Source: Akkermansiaceae bacterium (GTDB taxonomy: Bacteria > Verrucomicrobiota > Verrucomicrobiia > Verrucomicrobiales > Akkermansiaceae). From it: a stretch of 37,602 bases of DNA. Position numbers and translations under genes: made by a program. Positions 18,429-27,124 of the stretch are shown one piece after another. The first letter of the stretch is position 1; the number at the start of each line of letters is the position of its first letter. Below the pieces are notes generated by a model. It was not told the origin of the DNA and ran no database searches. It saw only the letters and a program-made list of their open reading frames with translations. Location of the stretch: the NCBI GenBank assembly GCA_051251915.1, contig JBPOGF010000030.1, positions 1 through 37,602 on the forward strand. The letters are read 5' to 3'.

Positions 18429-18806
18429 ATGAAGCACGAGACGCATAGGTTGGTGATGACGACTGATTTGAATCAGTTTGGGTTTTTGTTTGGTGGGAGG
18501 TTGTTGAGCTGGGTGGATGAGGCGAGTTTTATTGCTGCGAGCTTGGATCATCCTGGGTGTAGGTTTGTGACGATAGGGATGGATGAGGTGGCGTTTAGGG
18601 TGGGTGTGAGTAATGGTGCTATTTTGGTGATTCGTTGTGAGCTTGTGAGGGAGGGGAGGACTTCTGTGACTTATCATGTGGGGGTGTTTTGTGGTAGAGT
18701 GAGGAAGGGTGAGGGTGCTGAGAAGGCGATTTTTTCTACGAATGTGACGTTTGTGAATGTAAACTCTGAGGGAGGGAAGGAGAGAGTTTTGAAGGAGAAA
18801 GGATAA
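18429..18806 (+). CDS. Acyl-CoA thioesterase (hotdog, YciA-like)
   Basis: DLNQFGFLFGGRLLSWVDE, GRTS. Confidence 0.9.
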   Translation: MKHETHRLVMTTDLNQFGFLFGGRLLSWVDEASFIAASLDHPGCRFVTIGMDEVAFRVGVSNGAILVIRCELVREGRTSVTYHVGVFCGRVRKGEGAEKAIFSTNVTFVNVNSEGGKERVLKEKG

Positions 18807-18832
18807 AGGCTGGGTGCTTTGGTCGCGTATAA

Positions 18833-18849
18833 CGCCTGCGGCGCAGGCG
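18833..18849. other. GC-rich palindrome between convergent genes (possible terminator or REP-like element)
   Basis: CGCCTGCG-G-CGCAGGCG; the core GCCTGCGGC recurs at 13204-13212. Confidence 0.5.
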
Positions 18850-18908
18850 ATTAACCATGTGCAGTTCTGCTGTTATGGGTGTGGGTGAGTTTTTTTGTTA
18901 GAGTTTTG

Positions 18909-19229
18909 TTAGAGGTAAGGTTGGCATTTTTTTTGGAGGATTTTTATGAGGTCTGGATCCATGTATGGGTAGTTGTCTGGGATGTTTAGGGTGATGATGC
19001 GTTTGCCTTTTAGGTGTTGGTTGTATTTTTGGTTGAGCTTACGGAGGTGGGTTTTTTCCATGACGAAGATGATGTCTGCGGATTCTAGTTGCTCGGCGCT
19101 GAGGATGATGTCTGCTCCTCGGTTTAGGCCGGCGCTGTCGACTGAGATGTGGGCGAGCTCGGAGAAGATGGTTTCTGCGGTGGGGCTGCGGAGGCGGTTC
19201 ATGGAGCAGATGAAGAGGATGTTTTTCAT
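18909..19229 (-). CDS. Low-molecular-weight protein tyrosine phosphatase family protein
   Basis: LFICSMNRLRSPTAE P-loop (CX5R), IPDNYPYMDP. Confidence 0.9.
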   Translation of the reverse strand: MKNILFICSMNRLRSPTAETIFSELAHISVDSAGLNRGADIILSAEQLESADIIFVMEKTHLRKLNQKYNQHLKGKRIITLNIPDNYPYMDPDLIKILQKKCQPYL

Positions 19230-19389
19230 GGGGGAAGTATGAAGTATAAAGTTTAAAGGGTAAAGGGTTGGGGTGAAAAGGGCTTGAGGTGTGATGAGGG
19301 AGGGGTATGGCGTGACGGAATTTTAGAGGGTTTGTTTTTTGTGAAATAGCTTTATCTTGTGAATGAATCTCGGTTAATGTTTGGGGGTA

Positions 19390-20622
19390 ATGAGTAATGA
19401 ATCTAAACCAATTTTGAGGGCGCTTTTGTTTGTGCTGTCTTGGTTTTTTGTTGTGTTGGTTTTTGCTGCCCAACTTAAGTATGGCGGTGAGGGGTGGAGG
19501 GATAGTTTTGTTATGTCGTTTTTTTTGTGGTTTCCTTGGGTTGTATTTAGTCCTGTGATTATCTTTTTGTCTTTGAGATTGCCGTTGGTGTGTAGGCGAT
19601 GGAAGAGGAATTTTGTGGTGCATGTTTTGGTTTGTTTGTTAATGCTTTATGTTACTCAATTTTTTCCGGATTCGGGGCATAGGGTTGAGTCAGTGGAGAG
19701 ATCTAGTTCAACTGAGGAAAGGGATGATTTATCTGGTGAAATGGGTGCTGAGGGTGTGGGGGAAGACGACTTTCTGTATGAATCATTTGATCATCGGCCG
19801 CCACCTCCGTATTATGGATCGCCTCGACCTCCGCATCCAGGTCCACATCCACCTTATGGTCCGCCGGTATTTGAATCAGAACCGCAGTATATAAAGGTGA
19901 TCACAGTGGTGTCTCATACGGCACTTGTAGGGATTCCTATTTATGTGGCTATAGCGTTTCTGACTGGGGTGATGTTCTACCGAAGTGAGTTGGTGAGGAG
20001 AGAGAAGTTAGCGCATTTGTTAGAGGCTAATTTGTCTCAAGCGAAGCTGGATGTGCTAACGTCTCAGTTGCAGCCACATTTTCTGTTTAATACGCTGAAT
20101 TCGATTAGCGCTTTGATCCATTTGGCGCCTGATAAAGCAGATACGATGGTGATCCAGTTAAGTGATTTGCTGAGGACGACTTTGGCTCAACGTGATCAGA
20201 AGATGATTTCTGTATCTAAGGAGGTAGAGATGTTAGAGAATTACCTTAATATTCAGTCGACGAGGTTTGGTGCGCGAATGAGGGTGGTGTATGAGATAGA
20301 ACCGGAGTTGATGGGTGCATGTATTCCGCCGATGATCATGCTGCCACTGGTGGAGAATGCTATAAGGTATGGTGTGGAGATGGTGTCTACTGAGGTAGAG
20401 ATTAAGATAGAGGTTAAGTTGGTGGATAGGAGGTTGGTGGCTTCTATTTCTGATAATGGTCCTGGACTAAGTGATGATGTAGAAGGTGGAACTGGGATAG
20501 GCCTAGAAAACATCAAACAACGCTTGAGGCTGCTTTTCCCTGATGGGGATGGAGAGTTAAGGGTGATCGATAATGATGGGGTCACTGCGATTTTAACCAT
20601 TCCACACCGAAAATATGATTAA
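19390..20622 (+). CDS. LytS/YehU-type sensor histidine kinase
   Basis: 4 TM helices, QLQPHFLFNTLNSI, LSDLLR, PLVENAIRYG, DNGPG, GTGIGLENI. Confidence 0.93.
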   Translation: MSNESKPILRALLFVLSWFFVVLVFAAQLKYGGEGWRDSFVMSFFLWFPWVVFSPVIIFLSLRLPLVCRRWKRNFVVHVLVCLLMLYVTQFFPDSGHRVESVERSSSTEERDDLSGEMGAEGVGEDDFLYESFDHRPPPPYYGSPRPPHPGPHPPYGPPVFESEPQYIKVITVVSHTALVGIPIYVAIAFLTGVMFYRSELVRREKLAHLLEANLSQAKLDVLTSQLQPHFLFNTLNSISALIHLAPDKADTMVIQLSDLLRTTLAQRDQKMISVSKEVEMLENYLNIQSTRFGARMRVVYEIEPELMGACIPPMIMLPLVENAIRYGVEMVSTEVEIKIEVKLVDRRLVASISDNGPGLSDDVEGGTGIGLENIKQRLRLLFPDGDGELRVIDNDGVTAILTIPHRKYD

Positions 20623-21382
20623 GATGAACTGTGTAATTGTAGAGGATGAGAAGTTAGCGCAGGAGCGGCTATTGGTTTTTTTGAGAGATTTTCCAGAGAT
20701 TGATGTTGTGGGAGTGGCTTCATCTGGGAGTGAGGGCTTGGAGATGATTCATGAGTGTGAGCCTGATTTGGTTTTTCTGGATATTCAGTTACCAGGGATG
20801 ACGGGTCTGGATGTGGTGGTGCATCTTGGGGAGATGGTAGAGCAGTTACCGATTGTTATTTTCACGACTGCTTATGATGAATATGCTGTGAGGGCATTTG
20901 AGTTGTGTGCGTTTGATTATTTACTTAAGCCGTTTAGTAGGGAGCGTTTTGGTGGGGCATTGAAGCGGGCATTGACTTTGAAGTATTCTACTGGTTTTAG
21001 GGATGAGCAGTTAGAGGGGCTGGTAAGGCAACTTTCAATGCGGAGGGGGAGTAAGAGATTACAGCGGCTGAGTATTAAAGACGGGGGAAAGTTGTTTTTT
21101 GTAGAGATGGATTCTATTTTATGGGTTGATGCTTCGGGAAATTATATTGAGGTGCATACAAAGGACCGGGAGTATTTAGTGAGGGAAACTCTGAGTAGTG
21201 TAGAGGGAAAGTTATCTGGTGATGACTTTTATAGGGTGAGTCGCTTTGCGATAGTGAACGTAAATATGATGAAGGAGGTCTCGAGTAATGATAAGGGTGA
21301 GATTTATATAGAGATGGTTTCAGGGACTAAGATAAAGACGACGCGGACGATGAAAGAGATTCAGGCGCGTCTGGAGGGGTGA
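20615..21382 (+). CDS. LytTR family response regulator
   Basis: Receiver motifs EDE, FLDIQLP, TTAYDEYA, DYLLKP; C-terminal LytTR domain (ASGNYI, FYRVSRFAIVN). Overlaps the kinase stop. Confidence 0.94.
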   Translation: MIKMNCVIVEDEKLAQERLLVFLRDFPEIDVVGVASSGSEGLEMIHECEPDLVFLDIQLPGMTGLDVVVHLGEMVEQLPIVIFTTAYDEYAVRAFELCAFDYLLKPFSRERFGGALKRALTLKYSTGFRDEQLEGLVRQLSMRRGSKRLQRLSIKDGGKLFFVEMDSILWVDASGNYIEVHTKDREYLVRETLSSVEGKLSGDDFYRVSRFAIVNVNMMKEVSSNDKGEIYIEMVSGTKIKTTRTMKEIQARLEG

Positions 21383-21423
21383 TAGCACTCCGTAAAACAG
21401 ATCAGACAAATGGTTGGTATGCG

Positions 21424-22209
21424 TTATTGTTCTGTTTTTAGGGTGGCGATATCGGTAATTAGTTGATTGATGGATGTTTTGTTGAGTCCATTGTAGATGC
21501 CTCTGAGTTTTCTGTTTCGGTCAATGAGGACGATGTTTTCTGTGTGAAGGAACTCGTCATCTGTTTTGTTTTCTCCGAGGTCTTCTTCGATGAAGTAGGA
21601 TTTTCTGCCTAGGCTGTAGATGGTGCTGCGGTCGCCTGTGAGGAGGTGCCATTTGTTGCTTTGGATGTTGTGTTTATCGGCGTATTTTTTGAGGACCTCG
21701 ATAGTGTCTGTGTCTGGGGTGACGGAGTGGGAGAGGAGTAGGATGTCTGGGTCATCGGTGTAGGCGGTCTGGACTTGGGTGATCTGCTGGGTCATCTGGG
21801 TGCAGATACCTGGGCATGTGGTGAAGAAGAAGCTTACGATGTAGATTTTGTCTTCGACGGTTTTTTCTGAAATCTGGTTTCCGTCTTGGTCGGTGAGGGT
21901 GAAATCTGGGATGGAGTGGAATTCACTGAGGCTGGGGTCAGTGGGATTTAGCCAGCGTGGGGTGAATGAGCTGGTGTTGTAGTAGGGAAGGTGGGTGACT
22001 CTGCTGCTGGTTTTTGTTTTTTCTACAGGTTTCTGAGTGGTGGTGGCTGAGTCTGAGGGGAGGGCGCATTCGCATTGGCTTTTATCTTGCTCGGCTTCTG
22101 TGTCTGCGTTGTTTTTGTTTGGTTGGTTACAGGATAGCAGGGAGTAGCAGAGGGTGAGAAGGATGAGGGCGAGGGGGTTATTTTTCTTTGTATTGGATAG
22201 TTTCATCAT
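21424..22209 (-). CDS. SCO1/SenC family copper chaperone lipoprotein
   Basis: LLSC lipobox, FFFTTCPGIC (CxxxC), SVTPDTD, FLHTEN (Cu-ligand His). Confidence 0.92.
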   Translation of the reverse strand: MMKLSNTKKNNPLALILLTLCYSLLSCNQPNKNNADTEAEQDKSQCECALPSDSATTTQKPVEKTKTSSRVTHLPYYNTSSFTPRWLNPTDPSLSEFHSIPDFTLTDQDGNQISEKTVEDKIYIVSFFFTTCPGICTQMTQQITQVQTAYTDDPDILLLSHSVTPDTDTIEVLKKYADKHNIQSNKWHLLTGDRSTIYSLGRKSYFIEEDLGENKTDDEFLHTENIVLIDRNRKLRGIYNGLNKTSINQLITDIATLKTEQ

Positions 22210-22810
22210 CGAGTTGGAAGCAGAGTTTTGATCTTTTTAGGCCAAATATTCTACCGTTTTTGGCTTCGTAGTTGTTGTATAGTTTGCCGTTTTGTCTCCA
22301 GGATTGTTGAATGCCTTGTTCTTTGCCGTCGACGAGTTGCATTTTCTTGAATTTTTCACCGCTAAAGTACCATTGCCAATGAGTGCCTTGGGCGATGCCT
22401 TCTGTGTAGGTTGATTCTGAGCGTTTGTTGCCATTTCTCCACCATGATGTTGTGGTTCCATGTCGTCTTCCATTTTGGTAGGCGGAGAGGAAGCTAATTT
22501 TTCCGTCTTGGAACCATTTTATGGAGTCTCCGTGTCTATGGCCTTTGAGGTAGCTGGTGGAGATGGCTTTTTGGCCTTTGAGGTAGCTGGTGGAGATGGC
22601 TGTTCCGGTGAAGGGTTTGGCGTTGAGCAGGGCGATACCTGTTTTTTTGTCGAACTGGAGTTCTTTGAGTTGAATGCTGATGGGGTCTTTATTCTCAGAG
22701 GGTAGGTTGGTGGGTTGTTTTTGTTTGCATGCAGTTAATAGGATGAGAACAATCACTCCTGCGAACTGGAGTGATTGTATGAGAGGCTGGAGATATTTGT
22801 TGGGATGCAT
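22178..22810 (-). CDS. MORN-variant repeat lipoprotein (YwqK-like annotation family)
   Basis: LLTAC lipobox, PFTG, repeated Y..G..HG....W..NG units, C-terminal GRIFGLKRSKLCFQL. Confidence 0.85.
   Translation of the reverse strand: MHPNKYLQPLIQSLQFAGVIVLILLTACKQKQPTNLPSENKDPISIQLKELQFDKKTGIALLNAKPFTGTAISTSYLKGQKAISTSYLKGHRHGDSIKWFQDGKISFLSAYQNGRRHGTTTSWWRNGNKRSESTYTEGIAQGTHWQWYFSGEKFKKMQLVDGKEQGIQQSWRQNGKLYNNYEAKNGRIFGLKRSKLCFQLDDETIQYKEK
22539..22601. repeat. Exact 30-bp direct repeat with 33-bp period inside the MORN gene
   Basis: TGGCCTTTGAGGTAGCTGGTGGAGATGGCT at 22539-22568 and 22572-22601, encoding AISTSYLKG twice. Confidence 0.9.
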
Positions 22811-22857
22811 TATTGTTCTGACGGTGGTCTGGGATGGGAGGGTTTGTTGTCAGTAGG

Positions 22858-23727
22858 TTATTGAATGGTGCTTGGTGTTCCTTGGTAGTCACCAGGGAAG
22901 AGGATGTAGAATCCGAGGTAGGTGACGTTTTGGATGTGGTAGTGATATTCTCCATCTGGGTTGTGAATGGTGGGTCCGAAGTGTCCGCCAGATTCATCTA
23001 GGTCTGAGGGCGAGCTGCCATCATAGTCTAGTCTTCCGTAGAGGAAGAATCCGTCAGCCATGATGCCGATGAGGTTTGTGTCATTGTCTGACCATGCTTT
23101 TGGCTCTAGATGGTAGTGATAGCTTTGGGGGCCGGTGTGGGCGCCGTTGTAATCTAGTGATCCGATAGCGGAATCTAGTGGGACGTTAGGACCTTCTTCG
23201 TCATTGTAGATCATGGCTCCACTGGTTGCGATGCCGATGGCTCCGAGGCCTGTGGCTGATGGGGAGCCAGTGACTGATGGGCTGGCAGAGACAGTTAGTG
23301 AGTATGAACCGTTGAAGTCATCAATATTGCCTGGGGCCATCTGTTCATATGTGGTGGCAGTGGGTTCTACAAACAAGGGGTGATTTGATGCTGCAGCTTC
23401 TGTGACGTTTGTGTTACCTGAGCCGGGGTCAGAGATGCTTCTTTCGGTGGTGTTAGACCAGTATGGAGAGGTGTGATCTGGGAGTCCATCTGAGGTGATG
23501 ACAACCACATCTCCGGAGAGTGATGCTTGGACGTTTCCTGTGAATGCAGAAAAGGCTGAGTGAAGGGTGGTGACGGTTTCTGTGCCGTCGTTGTCATCAT
23601 CGTCGTCGTCAGAGTCTGTGATGGTAGTTGAGCTTGATGAGCTGGAGCCTCTATCACAGGATGATCCGAGGAGGATTAGGCTAAGTGGGAGTGCGTAGAG
23701 GACGGATGCGCGTATTATTTTTTTCAT
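22858..23727 (-). CDS. YHYH domain lipoprotein
   Basis: LGSSC lipobox, Ser/Asp linker, DGLPDH, GAIGIA, GAHTGPQSYHYH, MADGF, DLDESGGH, EYHYH. ATG 23727 (MKKII). Confidence 0.88.
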   Translation of the reverse strand: MKKIIRASVLYALPLSLILLGSSCDRGSSSSSSTTITDSDDDDDDNDGTETVTTLHSAFSAFTGNVQASLSGDVVVITSDGLPDHTSPYWSNTTERSISDPGSGNTNVTEAAASNHPLFVEPTATTYEQMAPGNIDDFNGSYSLTVSASPSVTGSPSATGLGAIGIATSGAMIYNDEEGPNVPLDSAIGSLDYNGAHTGPQSYHYHLEPKAWSDNDTNLIGIMADGFFLYGRLDYDGSSPSDLDESGGHFGPTIHNPDGEYHYHIQNVTYLGFYILFPGDYQGTPSTIQ

Positions 23728-23734
23728 ATAGTAA

Positions 23735-23764
23735 TTTATACTGTAATCCATACTGTATGGTCAA
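23735..23764 (-). promoter_or_regulatory. Putative sigma70 promoter of the YHYH-MORN-SCO operon
   Basis: Minus strand TTGACC-N18-TATAAA; 7 nt separate the -10 from ATG 23727. Confidence 0.6.
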
Positions 23765-23770
23765 TGGGGA

Positions 23771-23822
23771 TGGGGTGAACTTGATTAAATCTGGGATGGA
23801 TCAGCGTAAAAACGGGTTGAAC
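23771..23822 (-). promoter_or_regulatory. Three direct repeats at 21-bp phase, putative LytTR-binding boxes
   Basis: Minus strand GTTCAACCCG / ATCCATCCCA / GTTCACCCCA (plus-strand starts 23813, 23792, 23771), just upstream of the -35. Confidence 0.6.
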
Positions 23823-23946
23823 TTAATTTGCGGACTAGTTGTGAGAATTAGACCTCTGGTGTGTGCTGTCGTATTACATGCGGGTGTCTTGACTTTTAGG
23901 GGAATTGGTAGCAAGGTCTGCGGACAGACAGAGGGATAGTAGATCT

Positions 23947-25347
23947 ATGGCGAAAACATTATATAAAAAGACTTGGGATGCTCACACGGTGGGCTCGATG
24001 GCAGATGGAAGAACTCAGCTTTTCATTGGTTCACATTTGATTCATGAGGTGACTTCACCGCAGGCATTTGGGATGATACGTGATCTTGGGCTTGGTGTGA
24101 AGTTTCCGAACAGGACGTTTGCGACTGTGGATCATATTGTTCCTACGGATAATCAGGTGCAGCCGTTTGCGGATCCGTTGGCTGAGGCGATGATTAATGA
24201 GTTGAAGACTAATGTGGAGGAGTATGGGATTAAGTATTTCTCACTTGGGACTGGTCAGCAGGGGATAGTGCATATGGTGGGGCCTGAGCAGGGGATTACT
24301 CAGCCTGGGACTACGATTGTGTGTGGGGATAGTCATACGGCGACTCATGGTGCTTTTGGTGCGATTGCTTTTGGTATTGGGACGACGCAGGTGCGTGATG
24401 TTTTGGCGACTCAGACTTTGGCTATGGATGAGCTGAAGGTGCGTAGGATCAATGTGGTTGGGAATTTGAAACCTGGGGTGTATGCGAAGGATGTTATTTT
24501 GCATATTATTAGGCATCTTGGTGCTAAGGGTGGAATAGGGTTTGCTTATGAGTATGGTGGTGATGTGTTTGACCGGATGACGATGGAGGAGCGGATGACT
24601 GTTTGTAATATGTCTATTGAGGGTGGTGCGCGTTGTGGGTATGTGAATCCGGATAAGACGACTTATGATTATTTGGAGGGTAAGCCTTATGCGCCGAAGG
24701 GTGATGAATGGGATGTGGCGGTGAAGCGGTGGGGTTCTTATGCGTCTGATGCGGATTGTGTTTATGATGATGTGGTGGATTTTGCGGCTGAGGATATAGA
24801 GCCTACTGTGACTTGGGGGATTTCACCTGATCATGGGGTGGGTATTAGTGAGATGATTCCTGATCCAGCGAAGGCGAAGACTCCGGAGGAGAGGGTGAGC
24901 ATTCAGGAGGCGCTTGATTATATGAGGCTTCCTGCGGGGACTCCTGTGACGGAGATTTCTATTGATGTGGCGTTTCTTGGGTCTTGTACGAATGGAAGGC
25001 TTTCTGATTTCCGTGAGGCGGCTGGTATTCTGAAGGGGAGAAAGGTGGCTGAAGGGGTGAAGGCTATTGCGGTGCCTGGTTCTCAGATTACTGCTGTTCT
25101 TTGTGAGCAGGAGGGGATAGCGGATGTGTTCCGTGAGGCTGGATTTGAGTGGAGATCTGCTGGTTGTTCGATGTGTCTTGCGATGAATTCGGATAAGTTG
25201 GTGGGAGATCAGATTTGTGCTAGTTCATCTAACAGGAATTATAAAGGTCGTCAGGGTAGCCCAACTGGGCGGACGATTTTGATGAGTCCTGCTATGGTGG
25301 TGGCTGCTGCTGTGACTGGTAAGGTTGCGGATGTGCGAACTTTTTAA
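23947..25347 (+). CDS. leuC: 3-isopropylmalate dehydratase large subunit
   Basis: [45 protein letters not shown] 23947. Confidence 0.97.
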   Translation: MAKTLYKKTWDAHTVGSMADGRTQLFIGSHLIHEVTSPQAFGMIRDLGLGVKFPNRTFATVDHIVPTDNQVQPFADPLAEAMINELKTNVEEYGIKYFSLGTGQQGIVHMVGPEQGITQPGTTIVCGDSHTATHGAFGAIAFGIGTTQVRDVLATQTLAMDELKVRRINVVGNLKPGVYAKDVILHIIRHLGAKGGIGFAYEYGGDVFDRMTMEERMTVCNMSIEGGARCGYVNPDKTTYDYLEGKPYAPKGDEWDVAVKRWGSYASDADCVYDDVVDFAAEDIEPTVTWGISPDHGVGISEMIPDPAKAKTPEERVSIQEALDYMRLPAGTPVTEISIDVAFLGSCTNGRLSDFREAAGILKGRKVAEGVKAIAVPGSQITAVLCEQEGIADVFREAGFEWRSAGCSMCLAMNSDKLVGDQICASSSNRNYKGRQGSPTGRTILMSPAMVVAAAVTGKVADVRTF

Positions 25348-25358
25348 TTCGATAGATA

Positions 25359-26153
25359 ATGATATTTGCCAACTTCTTAGGTCGTCTAGTGATCAGCTTT
25401 CTTACCTATTTGGGGGAGCTGGTGGCGCTGGCACAGGAGGTGGTGAAGTCGTTAGTTTATGGAAAGTTTCGCTGGAATCAGTTTATGAAGCAGATCGTGG
25501 AGATCGGCTTTAAATCTCAGATTGTGGTGATAGTGACTGGTGTGTTTACTGGGTCTGTGCTGACTGCTCAGGCGTTGTTCCAGATGGAGCAGTTCCGGAT
25601 GGAGACGATGGGTGGTGCGCTGGTGGGGATAGGGATGCTGCGGGAGCTGGGGCCTACGATTACTGGGTTGATGTTGTCTGGACGTGTGGGAGCGGCGATG
25701 GCTGCGGAGATAGGGACGATGAAGGTGACGGAGCAGGTGGATGCGCTGAGGTCGATGGATGTGCATCCGGTGGATTATTTGGTGACGCCGAGGTTTTTGG
25801 CGATGGCGGTATCGATTCCGTTGTTGATTGCGGAGTCTGTGGGGTTTGGTATTTTGGCTTCGATTTTTATTGGGGTGCAGATTTTTGATGTTCCGTTTGC
25901 GTATTGGAATTTCCATTTGGTGGATCGTACTGAGTTGATTGATATTATTATTTCGATGATTAAGGGTGGTGCATTTGGGATGCTGATTGTGCTTATTTCT
26001 TGTCATCAGGGGTTGAAGGCTAAGAATGGTGCTGTGGGTGTGGGTAAGGGGACGACGAATGCGATGGTGTTTTCTTCGTTGGCGATTTTGATTGTGAATT
26101 TCTTCCTGACGATGTTGTTGAATATTTTCTTCCCGTTGAGTTTTGGGAGTTAG
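25359..26153 (+). CDS. mlaE: MlaE-family lipid ABC transporter permease
   Basis: RELGPTITGLMLSGRVGAAMAAEIGTMKVTEQVDAL signature. Confidence 0.92.
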   Translation: MIFANFLGRLVISFLTYLGELVALAQEVVKSLVYGKFRWNQFMKQIVEIGFKSQIVVIVTGVFTGSVLTAQALFQMEQFRMETMGGALVGIGMLRELGPTITGLMLSGRVGAAMAAEIGTMKVTEQVDALRSMDVHPVDYLVTPRFLAMAVSIPLLIAESVGFGILASIFIGVQIFDVPFAYWNFHLVDRTELIDIIISMIKGGAFGMLIVLISCHQGLKAKNGAVGVGKGTTNAMVFSSLAILIVNFFLTMLLNIFFPLSFGS

Positions 26154-26159
26154 TTGGGG

Positions 26160-27110
26160 ATGGGGTTTCTTGATCCAGATTGGTTAGAGGGGGCTGCTGG
26201 GAAGAGGTGGCTGGTGGGTGTTTCTGGGGGTAGGGATAGTGTGGCGCTATTGCATGCTTGTGTGCGTGATGTGAGGTTGATGGAGTCTAGGAGTTTGGTG
26301 ATTTGTCATGTGAATCATGGTTTGCGTGGGGTGGAGTCTGATGGGGATGAGGCGTTGGTGCGGGAGTTGGCTGAGGGGTATGGGTTGGAGGTTTTTGTTC
26401 GGAAAGTGGATGTTGGTGAAATTGCGGAGGAGGAGAAGAAGAGTTTGGAGCTGGCGGCGAGGGAGGTTAGGCATGCGGCATTTGCTGAGGCTTGTAGGGA
26501 GTATGGGTGTGATGGGGTGTTACTGGGGCATCATGCGGATGACCAGGTGGAGACGGTTATTTATAATTTGGTGAGGGGTTCTGCGGGGTTGAGAGGGATG
26601 CAGAAGGAGAGTTATCTTAGTGCTCACAAACTAACTCTTGTGAGGCCATTGCTAGGGGTGAGGCAGTGTGAGATAGATACTTATGTGGCAGAGCATGGCT
26701 TGGTGTTTAGGGAGGATGCTACGAATGCGGAGGCGTTTGCGGTGAGGAATAGGTTGAGGAATGAGGTGATGCCTTTGTTGGTGGATATTATGGGGAGGGA
26801 TGTGGGGCCAGCGGTGTTGAAGTCTTTGAAGTGTGCTGAGATGAATGAGGAGTTTATTGAGGAGGCTTTTGATTATGGTAGTATGTTAGATCCTCAGGGG
26901 CGGTTGCATTTGCCGAGTTTGCGGGAGGTGCCGAGGGTGATTCAGTTGCGTATTTTGCATCGGTATTTGGTGGAGTGTGGGGTTGGTAATATTTCGAGCG
27001 AATTGGTTGAGGCTGGGGTTGGGTTGTTAGATTTGGGGAATGCGGCTAAGATTAATTTGCCTGGAGGTAAGTTTTTGCGACGGAAGGCGCAGAGGGTGTT
27101 TGTGGAATAG
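26160..27110 (+). CDS. tilS: tRNA(Ile)-lysidine synthetase (short form)
   Basis: VSGGRDS PP-loop, HVNHGLRG, AREVRH, GHHADDQVET, RPLL, RNRLR. Confidence 0.93.
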   Translation: MGFLDPDWLEGAAGKRWLVGVSGGRDSVALLHACVRDVRLMESRSLVICHVNHGLRGVESDGDEALVRELAEGYGLEVFVRKVDVGEIAEEEKKSLELAAREVRHAAFAEACREYGCDGVLLGHHADDQVETVIYNLVRGSAGLRGMQKESYLSAHKLTLVRPLLGVRQCEIDTYVAEHGLVFREDATNAEAFAVRNRLRNEVMPLLVDIMGRDVGPAVLKSLKCAEMNEEFIEEAFDYGSMLDPQGRLHLPSLREVPRVIQLRILHRYLVECGVGNISSELVEAGVGLLDLGNAAKINLPGGKFLRRKAQRVFVE

Positions 27111-27124
27111 GAGAAGGAAAAAGT

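Noticed and set aside
10633..19268. CRISPR array interpretation of the intergenic repeats
   Set aside because: No 23-47-nt repeats with regular unique spacers, and no cas genes.
22178..22810. Toxin-antitoxin call from the usual 'YwqK antitoxin' label
   Set aside because: No toxin gene is adjacent. The label reflects generic MORN-variant repeats, and the protein is a lipoprotein within a SCO/YHYH operon.
23728..23751. Longer N-terminus for YHYH (MDYSINYY), and similar extensions at 635, 1624, 4617, 10854, 14940, 17903 and 23905
   Set aside because: Downstream ATGs give family-typical N-termini or signal peptides; the 23751 and 14940 extensions also overlap a predicted promoter and terminator.
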